Assembly: GCA_016185525.1 (NCBI GenBank)
Contig: JACPNK010000007.1
Span: 23,008-87,007, forward strand
From: Candidatus Yanofskybacteria bacterium
Lineage (GTDB): Bacteria > Patescibacteriota > Minisyncoccia > 2-02-FULL-40-12 > IGHO2-12-FULL-4
Reading direction: 5' to 3'
Length of the DNA stretch: 64,000 bases
The notes under the pieces: generated by a model
Told to the model about the DNA's origin: nothing
Database searches by the model: none
Seen by the model: only the letters and a program-made list of their open reading frames with translations
Part shown: one piece after another, positions 39,859-48,754 of the stretch
Layout of the letters: each line of letters opens with the position of its first letter
Numbering within the stretch: the stretch's first letter is position 1
Program-made: the position numbers and the translations under genes

Positions 39859-40488
39859 ATGTTTGGATTTTTATCAACTTCCTTGGACAAAGCAGTGGTG
39901 TTTCTTGGCGCTTTAGGTTATGCCGGTGTTTTTTGGGCTTCTTTCCTGGACAGGTTAACCGTATTTCTGACTCCGGCGGAAATAGTTCTGCCCGCTTTCG
40001 GCATCCTTATAAGTCAGGAAAAACTTTCTTTTTGGCCGGTAATGATATGGCTTACCGCGGGTAATTTTTTGGGCAATCTGGGTCTTTATTTTATTTTTCT
40101 CAAGGGGGGCAGACTGTTTCTGGAAAAATACGGCAAATATTTTTTGATAACAAAACACGAACTGAACCACTTAGACAAATGGTTTGCCAAATACGGTGAC
40201 AAAATAGTTTTTTGGGGGTATTTCATACCATCATCCGGCAGAAGCATTGTTCCAATTCCGGCCGGCATATCAAGGATGAGTTTGTCTAAATTTTCTCTCT
40301 ATACCTTTTTGGGGTCAATGCCTCTTAACTTTCTGTATGTTTATATCGGAATCAGAGCGGGGGATAATTTGGACAGAATCTTTTCTTTTTTGGATAAGTT
40401 TAATTATGTTTTTGTCGTTGTGCTGATTGTTTTGGTAATATGGCATGTATATTGCCATGGGGCCAAAAAGCATTTAACCCATGAATAA
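39859..40488 (+). CDS. DedA family membrane protein
   Basis: PAEIVLP..G, GGR.FLEKYGK, WFAKYG, SIVPIPAG..RM. Confidence 0.9.
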   Translation: MFGFLSTSLDKAVVFLGALGYAGVFWASFLDRLTVFLTPAEIVLPAFGILISQEKLSFWPVMIWLTAGNFLGNLGLYFIFLKGGRLFLEKYGKYFLITKHELNHLDKWFAKYGDKIVFWGYFIPSSGRSIVPIPAGISRMSLSKFSLYTFLGSMPLNFLYVYIGIRAGDNLDRIFSFLDKFNYVFVVVLIVLVIWHVYCHGAKKHLTHE

Positions 40489-41191
40489 GATAGTAATTGC
40501 CAACTGGAAAAACCATCCGGAAACTTTGAAAGAAGCCAAAGAGCTTTTTGAATTTGAAGTTGCTGAGGCTTCAAAGTACGAAGGGGTCAAAACAGTTATT
40601 TGTCCGCCGGAACAATTTCTGAAGCCGTTACTACGGATAAATGCAGAATTTGTCGGCGCGCAGGATGTTTTCTGGAATTTAGGAGACGATAACTATGTGA
40701 TAAAATATGCGTTGGTAGGCCATTCTGACCGTCGCCAAGCGGGAGACACGGACGAAAAAATAAACGATAAGTTAAAAGTTGCTTTGGCTTCTGGCGCAGT
40801 GCCCTTTCTGCTTGTGGGAGAAAAAGAAAAAGGCGATAACCGACAGGAAATATTGGAGAGGCAACTTTTTGGCGCTACCACCAACCTAATGACCTCGCAG
40901 GTCGTTAACATTGTAATTGTTTATGAGCCGGTTTGGGCAATTAGTACCAATCCCGATTCTGAACCAGACAAGCCGGAAAACACATTGGAAGCTTACAAAA
41001 TTATCAATAACTTTTTGTTTAAAAATTATAGCCTAGAACCTAAAGCAATATTTTATGGCGGGAGTGTTAATCAGAGCAATGTTGCCGATTTTCTTAAACA
41101 TCCGGAAATCAACGGCGCGGTTATTGGCGGAGCAAGCCTGCGAAAAGAAGAATTTGGAGAAATTTTAAAAATAGTTTCCGGCTTAAAATGA
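40481..41191 (+). CDS. tpiA: Triosephosphate isomerase (loop-3 deleted variant)
   Basis: ANWK, GAQD, GHSDRR, YEPVWAI, YGGSV, GGASL. Confidence 0.92.
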   Translation: MNKIVIANWKNHPETLKEAKELFEFEVAEASKYEGVKTVICPPEQFLKPLLRINAEFVGAQDVFWNLGDDNYVIKYALVGHSDRRQAGDTDEKINDKLKVALASGAVPFLLVGEKEKGDNRQEILERQLFGATTNLMTSQVVNIVIVYEPVWAISTNPDSEPDKPENTLEAYKIINNFLFKNYSLEPKAIFYGGSVNQSNVADFLKHPEINGAVIGGASLRKEEFGEILKIVSGLK

Positions 41192-42339
41192 AATTCTTAG
41201 AAGATTTAGGTAAAAAAGAGCTTGACGAAAAAAAAGTTTTTTTGAGGGTTGATTTTGATGTACCCGTTGAAGCTGGAAAAATTAAAGAAAACTTCCGCAT
41301 CAAGGCACAAAAAGAGACCATTGATTATTTGGCAAATAACGGCGCCAAGGTGATGCTGGCTGGCCACATTAGCTCCACTGATAGTTTCTTTTCGATCGCA
41401 GAGGAGATAGGAGAAATTATTGGACATACTTTAACTTTAGTGCCTCATTCAGAATTGAACTCTATTGGCAGTCTTTTCACAGAATGCCCAGTTTTACTTT
41501 TGGATAATTTAAGACAAGACTCTCGCGAGGAACAAAACAAGGATGAGTTTGCTCGGGGGCTGTCTAAGGGTTTTGACTTTTATGTAAACAACGATTTTGC
41601 GGTTTGCCACCGCAGTCACGCTTCAGTTTCAGCAATCACTAAATACTTACCTAGTTATGCCGGTTTCTTGGTTAAAAAAGAAGTAGAAAATTTGTCTAAA
41701 GCCATAAAGGCTCCGCTGGAAGGCAAGATATTGGTTGTGGGCGGAGCTAAAATTTCTACAAAACTGCCGGTGATCAAAAACTTTTTAGATAAAGCCGAGA
41801 AAGTTTTGATTGGCGGGGCGTTGGCCAATAACTTTTTTAAAGAACAAGGAGTAAGTGTCGGCTCTTCTGTTGTTGACAACTCGGTTACCCCCAACTTTCT
41901 GACACCCGGTGTCAGAAAGTTGATTTTACCGGAAGACATCTTGGTTTCATTTGATAAAACCGGAGAAACAACTCCCGAGTCGTATCCCGTTAAAAATTTA
42001 GATCCAGCTGGTATCATCGTTGATATTGGTCCGGAAACGGCCAAACATTTTGGGGAGATAATCAGAAATTCATCAATGGTAATTTGGAACGGGCCGATGG
42101 GTTTGTCGGAAGTAGAAAAGTTTGCTGGAGGAACAAGGGTAATTGCTGAAGCTGTTACTAAAGCTAAGTATTCCATTATTGGTGGCGGCGATACGGTTGC
42201 CGCAGTTGACAAGCTTGGTTTGCTTGGTAAATTCAGCTATGTTTCCACGGGCGGTGGCGCTATGCTGGCTTTTCTGGCAGGAGAAGAGCTGCCGGGGTTG
42301 AGGGTGTTGGGCTACTATCCGGACCAATCTAACCAGTAA
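41188..42339 (+). CDS. pgk: Phosphoglycerate kinase
   Basis: RVDFDVP, HRSHAS, GGAK, DIGPET, WNGPMG, GGGDT, STGGGA. Confidence 0.95.
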   Translation: MKFLEDLGKKELDEKKVFLRVDFDVPVEAGKIKENFRIKAQKETIDYLANNGAKVMLAGHISSTDSFFSIAEEIGEIIGHTLTLVPHSELNSIGSLFTECPVLLLDNLRQDSREEQNKDEFARGLSKGFDFYVNNDFAVCHRSHASVSAITKYLPSYAGFLVKKEVENLSKAIKAPLEGKILVVGGAKISTKLPVIKNFLDKAEKVLIGGALANNFFKEQGVSVGSSVVDNSVTPNFLTPGVRKLILPEDILVSFDKTGETTPESYPVKNLDPAGIIVDIGPETAKHFGEIIRNSSMVIWNGPMGLSEVEKFAGGTRVIAEAVTKAKYSIIGGGDTVAAVDKLGLLGKFSYVSTGGGAMLAFLAGEELPGLRVLGYYPDQSNQ

Positions 42340-42340
42340 A

Positions 42341-43288
42341 ATGAAATACCACATTTATTTTCATGATGACTTTGACGGCACGGCTTGTGCCGCTTTAATG
42401 TCTAATTTTTTAAGTTCGCGAGGTGACGGTGTGGCTTCCTTTAATCCGATTGATTATGTCCCAGGCCTTAAAAAGCAATGGCTTAATTACAAATTCAAGA
42501 GGCCGTTTATTCTTGTTGACTTTATGTATCATCCCAAAGCAGACTGGTGGTTTGACCATCACGTAACCTCGTTCTTAAAACCGGAATGGCAAAAAGGACT
42601 TAAAAATGACCCTCGGCACTATTTCGACCCTTCTTACAAGTCTGTTTACGGAATGACTCTTAATTTTTTGAAAAGAAAATATAAATACAAACCACCAAAG
42701 CAACTAAACGACTTGGAACACTGGGCGGACATTATAGACTCTGCTTCCTACAAAACAGCCAAAGAGGGAATTACGTTCAGGTCTACTGCTCAAAAGTTAA
42801 TGCTTCTGCTTGGTAACTATGAAAAAGTTGCAAAAACCGGCTATGGAGAAATGCAGTTAGAGCTCGTAAAAACTTTGGCCGAAGGAAAAATTTACGTTTT
42901 TCTGAAAAAATATAAAAAGCATTTGCTGAAGCTCAAAGACAAACTCAAAAAAGGAGTTCTGGTTTTTAAAAAATACGCGATTTTAAAAGGTAAAGTTGTT
43001 GTGCTTTCTGAAGAAGGTCTAGAAATAATTTTCAAAGGCTTTCTTGGTTACTACATTTTTCCTAAGGCCGAATATGCGGTTACGGTTTCCAAAGATAGCA
43101 GCGGCTTCCATTTGCATGTCGGCAGAAATCCTTGGCTTAAGAAGGAAAGCAATTTAAGCATAGGGGATTTAATGAAAAAATACGGCGGTGGCGGCCATAA
43201 AAATGTTGGCGGCGCTGAAACCAAAAATTATAAAGAGGCCCTGAAAATAAGCAATGAGATAGTAGAGCACTTGAATTCCAATGATTAA
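42341..43288 (+). CDS. DHH family phosphoesterase
   Basis: FHDDFDG, VDF, WWFDHH, GGGGHKNVGG. Confidence 0.88.
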   Translation: MKYHIYFHDDFDGTACAALMSNFLSSRGDGVASFNPIDYVPGLKKQWLNYKFKRPFILVDFMYHPKADWWFDHHVTSFLKPEWQKGLKNDPRHYFDPSYKSVYGMTLNFLKRKYKYKPPKQLNDLEHWADIIDSASYKTAKEGITFRSTAQKLMLLLGNYEKVAKTGYGEMQLELVKTLAEGKIYVFLKKYKKHLLKLKDKLKKGVLVFKKYAILKGKVVVLSEEGLEIIFKGFLGYYIFPKAEYAVTVSKDSSGFHLHVGRNPWLKKESNLSIGDLMKKYGGGGHKNVGGAETKNYKEALKISNEIVEHLNSND

Positions 43289-43859
43289 GCATATTCTTAA
43301 CAGGCGTCCTAAAAAGTTTGTGGCTGATACCGGTATTAAGCGCCGGCCTTTGATTTTTGTTGACTCGGAATTTTCAGGTTTAAATTTGAATAACGAGGTT
43401 ATAGAAATAGGCTGTCTAGTGGTTGATCCGAAGACTTTGAAGATTAAAAAAGAATGGTTTGCTAAAATTAAACCAGAAAATATAAAAGCAGCTGAAACCA
43501 GCTCTCTTGAAATAATTGGCTACTCCAAAGATGAATGGAAAGATGCTATTTCGCTTAGAGACGGCATGTTAAATTTTAATAAAATCGCCAAAGACGGAGT
43601 TTTGGTTGGCTATAACGTAGCTTGGGATTTTATGTTTTTGGAAAAATCTTTTTTTGAGCTGGGAATAAAACCGGCCTTCCACTGGCAGATTCTGGATGTG
43701 CTTTCAATGGTGTTCTATAAATTTTATAATAAACTGGGAGTCAAAGGTTTTCGCATGAAAGAAGTGGAAAAGTTTTTAAACATCAAGCATGGAGTTTGGC
43801 ATAATCCTTTGGATGACGCCCGGGCCACCTACGAAATATTTTTAAAAATACTAAAATAG
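43281..43859 (+). CDS. DEDDh 3'-5' exonuclease
   Basis: VDSEFSG, YNVAWD..FL, HNPLDDA. Confidence 0.9.
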   Translation: MIKHILNRRPKKFVADTGIKRRPLIFVDSEFSGLNLNNEVIEIGCLVVDPKTLKIKKEWFAKIKPENIKAAETSSLEIIGYSKDEWKDAISLRDGMLNFNKIAKDGVLVGYNVAWDFMFLEKSFFELGIKPAFHWQILDVLSMVFYKFYNKLGVKGFRMKEVEKFLNIKHGVWHNPLDDARATYEIFLKILK

Positions 43860-43884
43860 TGACCTACATGGTCACTAGAGTAAA

Positions 43885-44319
43885 ATGGATAAATATATAA
43901 TACATACCGATGGAGGAGCAAGGGGTAATCCTGGGCCGGCGGCTATTGGTGTTGTAATCAGTAAGCCTAACGGTGCTTTGAAAAAGCATTATAGCGAATA
44001 CATTGGCAGTGCGACCAATAATGAGGCCGAATACCAAGCGGCTATTTTTGCTTTAAAAAAACTAAAACAGCTTATCGGGAAAGAAGAGCTTAAAAAAGTT
44101 GCAGTTGAAGTCAGCGTTGATAGCGAGTTTCTGGAACGGCAAGTTAATGGAATATATAAAGTTAAGGAGCCGGAAATTCAGAAATTATTTCTTGAGTTGT
44201 GGAATTTAAAACTTGATTTTGGAGAAGTTAATTTTAAGTCTGTGCCGCGGGAAGATAATTCTGAAGCCGATGAGTTGGTAAATGTAGCTTTAGACAAAGA
44301 ACTGAATAAATTATTGTAA
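43885..44319 (+). CDS. rnhA: Ribonuclease HI family protein
   Basis: TDGGARGNPGPA, TNNEAEY, DSE, N.EAD. Confidence 0.93.
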   Translation: MDKYIIHTDGGARGNPGPAAIGVVISKPNGALKKHYSEYIGSATNNEAEYQAAIFALKKLKQLIGKEELKKVAVEVSVDSEFLERQVNGIYKVKEPEIQKLFLELWNLKLDFGEVNFKSVPREDNSEADELVNVALDKELNKLL

Positions 44320-44348
44320 CCAACGCCTCTTTGTGGTATAATTTATTG

Positions 44349-44861
44349 TCTTGGTAAGTTGGGTAGCTACCGTGGAGCGGTCCGCCTGTGCTAAGGCTAC
44401 GGCGAGACGCTTCGCGGAGGAAAGTCCGAACACTTATTTAATGGCAACTTAAGAGCTATTAAAAACAGTAGCGGGTAACGCCCGTCGGCAAACGAGGCGA
44501 TTCTACAGGCGACTAAATCCGTTTGCAAGAAATTTCGCCTTACAAATGCCAGAGGTGCGAGCAGAGACGTCTCAAAGCGCAAGCCGAGAGACACCCTTAT
44601 GGGGTGAGCTTTGTTGGTAACAACGAGGGTGAAACGGCTAAATCCTTACTGGAGTGCAAGTACAGCGTTCTTCCACAGACTCAGGATAAGTTTTCCTGTT
44701 GACTGTTGTGAGGTTCGAAAAGTTAGTACGCAGAAGTCCTTAAGTAATGAAGGGCTAGATCCAAGCGGTAACGTTTGGACCAGATAAATTGCTACACATT
44801 AGCTGCCGTCGCTAAAGCTATGGCGGCCGAGGACAGAATTCGGCTTATAGACTTGCCAAGA
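44349..44861 (+). ncRNA. rnpB: RNase P RNA (expanded, ~513 nt)
   Basis: P1 TCTTGGTAAGTT/GACTTGCCAAGA; GAGGAAAGTCCGAAC and ACAGAATTCGGCTTA (P4); GGGTGAAACGG; TGgTATAAT just upstream. Confidence 0.93.
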
Positions 44862-44863
44862 TA

Positions 44864-44898
44864 TTAAAAACCACCCGCTATTAGCGGGTGGTTTTTAA
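44864..44898 (+). terminator. rnpB terminator
   Basis: TTAAAAACCACCCGCTA-T-TAGCGGGTGGTTTTTAA. Confidence 0.85.
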
Positions 44899-44933
44899 TT
44901 GAAAAATTATTTTTTTTGTTATAAGGTTAACCC

Positions 44934-46319
44934 GTGAAAAAATCTGAATTATTCTTCAATACACTCCTTTTGCCTGTTGATTTCTTGATGATTGTCTTTG
45001 CCGGTATTGCTACATACTTGTTACGTACTAAAATTTTCTCTTCTTTTAGGCCGGTATTGTTTGAATTTAATCTGCCTCTGGAAAAATACTTCCTTTTGGT
45101 CTTTTTGGTCTCGGTCTTATTTATCGGTATTTTTGCCATCTCCGGTCTCTATAAGTTGAGGACAACCACAGGAAGAATTGAGGAGTTTTTTAGGGTGGCC
45201 ATAGCTTCCTCGGCAGGTGTGATGGTTTTGATTGTTTATATTTTCTTGAGACAAGAACTTTTCAACTCTAGGTTCTTGATTTTAGGTGGTTGGTTTTTGT
45301 CTGTTGTTTTTGTTTCACTGGGCAGATTTCTGGTTCGTTATTTACAAAAAAGATTGGTGGCTATGCACGATTTCGGAGTTCATAGAGTTTTGGTTATTGG
45401 CGATGACAAGATTTCAAACAAACTCACTCAAGAAATATCCCAAAATCGGGCAATCGGCTATCGCATTGTTAAACATCTGGAGAATCCCGAAGTGGCGGAA
45501 GTAAAACTAGCTATTGGCAGTCCCGGTATAGATGAGGTCATATTGGCTAACCCAAACTATCCGGGAGAAAAAATATTGGAGATAGTAGATTTTTGCAACG
45601 AAAACCACCTGACATTTAAATTTGTGCCGAATATTTACCAGACTTTAACAACTAACTTTTCTATTGATGTGCTGGCTGGAGTTCCCATGATTGAGCTTCG
45701 TCGCACTAACCTAGATGGTTGGGGCAGAGTCATCAAAAGATTTATAGACATTGTTTTTAGTTCGCTCGCTCTACTTGTTTTTTCGCCACTTTTTTTGATC
45801 GCAACTCTTGCTATTAAGTGGGAGACCGAGGGATCAGTCTTTGTAAGGTTGCGCCGAGTAAGTCAGAATAAAGAGTTTAATTTGCTGAAGTTCCGCTCTA
45901 TGATAAAAAACGCTGAAGATTTAAAACCATTTTTGGCGGACTTAAACGAAAGAAAAGACGGCCCTCTTTTTAAGATTAAAAACGATCCACGTGTTACAAA
46001 AGTCGGAAGATTTATCCGGCATTATCGTTTAGATGAACTGCCTCAATTTCTTAATATCATCAGAGGCGACATAAGCTTGGTCGGCCCCCGCCCTCACCAA
46101 CCAGATGAAATTTCAAAATACCAAAAACATCAAAAGAAAGTTTTATCCATTAAAGCTGGTGCGACAGGTTTGGCGCAGGTTTCCGGCAGTTCTGATTTGC
46201 CGTTTGAAGAAGAGGTTACGCTGGACTCTTTTTATATTGAAAACTGGTCTCTTTTTCAGGATCTAAAAATTATTTTAAAGACGATTGGCAAAATGTTTAC
46301 CGACCGCTCTGCGGTCTAA
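44934..46319 (+). CDS. Polyprenyl-phosphate sugar phosphotransferase (WcaJ/WbaP-like)
   Basis: N-terminal TMs; KRFIDI, KFRSM, DPRVT.VG, LDELPQ, SLVGPRP, TGLAQV. Confidence 0.93.
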   Translation: MKKSELFFNTLLLPVDFLMIVFAGIATYLLRTKIFSSFRPVLFEFNLPLEKYFLLVFLVSVLFIGIFAISGLYKLRTTTGRIEEFFRVAIASSAGVMVLIVYIFLRQELFNSRFLILGGWFLSVVFVSLGRFLVRYLQKRLVAMHDFGVHRVLVIGDDKISNKLTQEISQNRAIGYRIVKHLENPEVAEVKLAIGSPGIDEVILANPNYPGEKILEIVDFCNENHLTFKFVPNIYQTLTTNFSIDVLAGVPMIELRRTNLDGWGRVIKRFIDIVFSSLALLVFSPLFLIATLAIKWETEGSVFVRLRRVSQNKEFNLLKFRSMIKNAEDLKPFLADLNERKDGPLFKIKNDPRVTKVGRFIRHYRLDELPQFLNIIRGDISLVGPRPHQPDEISKYQKHQKKVLSIKAGATGLAQVSGSSDLPFEEEVTLDSFYIENWSLFQDLKIILKTIGKMFTDRSAV

Positions 46320-46327
46320 CGACTAAT

Positions 46328-47476
46328 ATGAGAGTTGCTCTGGTTCACGACTATCTTAACCAGTATGGAGGAGGAGAAAGAGTCCTCGGGTTTTTGTGTG
46401 AGATGTTTCCGCGGGCCCATATTTTTACTTTAATCTACGATGAGCGATTAACCGGTGGCGCTTTTCGGGGTCGGCAAATTCACACCTCTTTTCTTCAAAA
46501 AATTCCTTGGGCCAAAAAAAACCACAGATTTTTGCCTATACTCATGCCTTTGGCAGTAGAACAGTTTGATTTATCAAATTTTGACTTGGTTATTTCCAAT
46601 TCAGCTTCTTTTGCCAAGGGTGTAATAACCAAGCCTTATACAAAGCACATTTCTTATTGCATGACTCCGACCAGATATCTTTGGGACGATAGCCAGCGTC
46701 ATTTACAGGATTTTTTTGGTGTTAAAATTTTCAACAGAAACAAGCGGCTTAATGCTCGCCTCGCCGAAGCCTTCGGCGGAGCGCGGGCCGATATTGTCTC
46801 ATGGTTTGCCTTACCTTTGCTTAGCTACTTAAGAATTTGGGACCAGCAGGCGAGTAAAAGACCCGATGATTTTATTGCAATCTCTGAATTTGTAAAGCAA
46901 AGAATAAAAAAATATTATGGCCGCGCTTCGTTGGTGGTTTATCCTCCGGTTGATTCCGCAAGATTTAAGATTTCCGCTGAAATAGCCGACTATTTTCTTA
47001 TGGTCGGCCGGCTAGTTTCCTATAAGAGATTTGATCTGGCAATTAAAGTTTTTAACAACCTCGGCTGGCCTTTGAAAATTATCGGTGACGGGCCGGAGAG
47101 AAAACGTTTGCAAAAGTTGGCCGTTCCGAATGCCGACATTGAGTTTCTGGGATTAGTTTCAGACTATAAATTACCGTCTTACTATTCAAGAGCTAGAGCT
47201 TTAATTTTTCCCCAGGAAGAAGATTTTGGCATAGTTGTTGTTGAGTCTATGGCTTCAGGCAGGCCGGTTGTGGCTTTTAGGGGCGGTGGCAGTTTGGAAA
47301 CTATTAAAGAGGGAGAAACCGGAGTTTTTTTTGGCGAACAAACGGAGGAGTCTTTAACGGCTGTGCTTAGAGAATTTAATCCTTTTGATTTTGATTCCCA
47401 AAAGATAAAGGCAAGAGCAACACTTTTTGATAAAGGTATTTTTCGGGAAAAGTTTTCAGCAATTTTAAACATTTAG
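46328..47476 (+). CDS. GT4 glycosyltransferase
   Basis: ALVHDYL.QYGGGERV, EDFGIV.VESMASG.PV. Confidence 0.93.
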   Translation: MRVALVHDYLNQYGGGERVLGFLCEMFPRAHIFTLIYDERLTGGAFRGRQIHTSFLQKIPWAKKNHRFLPILMPLAVEQFDLSNFDLVISNSASFAKGVITKPYTKHISYCMTPTRYLWDDSQRHLQDFFGVKIFNRNKRLNARLAEAFGGARADIVSWFALPLLSYLRIWDQQASKRPDDFIAISEFVKQRIKKYYGRASLVVYPPVDSARFKISAEIADYFLMVGRLVSYKRFDLAIKVFNNLGWPLKIIGDGPERKRLQKLAVPNADIEFLGLVSDYKLPSYYSRARALIFPQEEDFGIVVVESMASGRPVVAFRGGGSLETIKEGETGVFFGEQTEESLTAVLREFNPFDFDSQKIKARATLFDKGIFREKFSAILNI

Positions 47477-47488
47477 TCTTTTTTAGCG

Positions 47489-48616
47489 ATGATGATAGGA
47501 ATAGACATAAGAGTTTTAGCGGGAGATTTGCAAAACGGCATTGCTCAGTATCTTTTAAATATTCTGCCGGAACTTATTAAACTGGATCCCCAAATAAAAT
47601 TTAAACTTTTTTTCAGCTCGCTTAAGAAGCATAAGCTTGATTACGACTGGCTTAAGGAAAAAAATATTGAGCTTTATAGGTTTAAGATTTCTAATCATTT
47701 TCTTTTTGCTTCATCAAAGATTTTTAACCGTCCCTGTTTAGACAAGATGGTCAGAGGAGCAGATATTTTTTTTAGTCCCCATTTTTTCCTTGCCCCTCTC
47801 TCTGGTGAATGTAAGTCGGCAGTCGTATTTCATGATCTTTCCTTTTTACGCTATCCCGAATTTTTTTCTTGGCGAAAAAATATCTGGCATCGTTTTGAGA
47901 TGAATCCCAAAAAACAAGCTTTGGCGGCCGACAAAATTATTGCTGTCTCACGTTCAACCAGGAATGATCTGATATACTTTTTTGGCACCAACTCAAATAA
48001 AATCAAGGTCATCTACTCCGGTTTGTCTAAAAACTTCTTAGTTAAGCCAAACCAAGAAGAGATGGAAAAAGTGAAGAGTAAATATCTGTTGCCTGAAAAA
48101 TTTTTCCTGTATCTGGGCAAGATCGAACCCAGAAAAAATATTATAGGCATAATTAAAGCTTTTGAGACATTTTCTGACAAAAGTTTTCACTTGGTTATAG
48201 CCGGAGAATTGGGTTGGCTTTGTAAAGATGTTTTAAAGGCTTACGATACAAGTCCTTGCAAAAGGTTAATACACTTTATCGGTTCAGTAGATGAAAAAGA
48301 CAAATCATCTGTTTATCAATTGTCTAAAACGTTAATATACCCTAGTTTTTTTGAAGGCTTTGGTTTTCCGCCTCTTGAGGCTATGGCCCTAAGAATACCA
48401 GTAATCACATCCAGGAACTCATCTATACCAGAGGTGGTGGGCGATTCAGCTCTTTTGGTTGATCCGTATAATGTTGGGGAGATATCTCAAGCCATGGAAA
48501 GCCTTATTTCTAATGATTTTTTGAGACAAAGTTTTGTGGAAAAGGGTATCCAAAGAAGTAAACTCTTTTCTTGGCAAAAAACAGCGGAAGAAACACTGGA
48601 TTTTTTAGTTTCTTAA
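47489..48616 (+). CDS. GT4 glycosyltransferase (mannosyltransferase-like)
   Basis: IEPRKN, PSFFEGFGFPPLEAM. Confidence 0.93.
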   Translation: MMIGIDIRVLAGDLQNGIAQYLLNILPELIKLDPQIKFKLFFSSLKKHKLDYDWLKEKNIELYRFKISNHFLFASSKIFNRPCLDKMVRGADIFFSPHFFLAPLSGECKSAVVFHDLSFLRYPEFFSWRKNIWHRFEMNPKKQALAADKIIAVSRSTRNDLIYFFGTNSNKIKVIYSGLSKNFLVKPNQEEMEKVKSKYLLPEKFFLYLGKIEPRKNIIGIIKAFETFSDKSFHLVIAGELGWLCKDVLKAYDTSPCKRLIHFIGSVDEKDKSSVYQLSKTLIYPSFFEGFGFPPLEAMALRIPVITSRNSSIPEVVGDSALLVDPYNVGEISQAMESLISNDFLRQSFVEKGIQRSKLFSWQKTAEETLDFLVS

Positions 48617-48754
48617 CCCCTCCTAATATTTGGCAAAAATTTGAACCGCCAAAGAGTTGTGAGATTGTGATATAATAGTTTTATAGAAAACAGGGAATCA
48701 AATCTAAAACCAATTTTTGATATCAAACCGGTAGACCAGACCGGCAAGGTTGAT

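Noticed and set aside
44397-44594. 65-aa minus-strand ORF
   Set aside because: It lies antisense within RNase P RNA.
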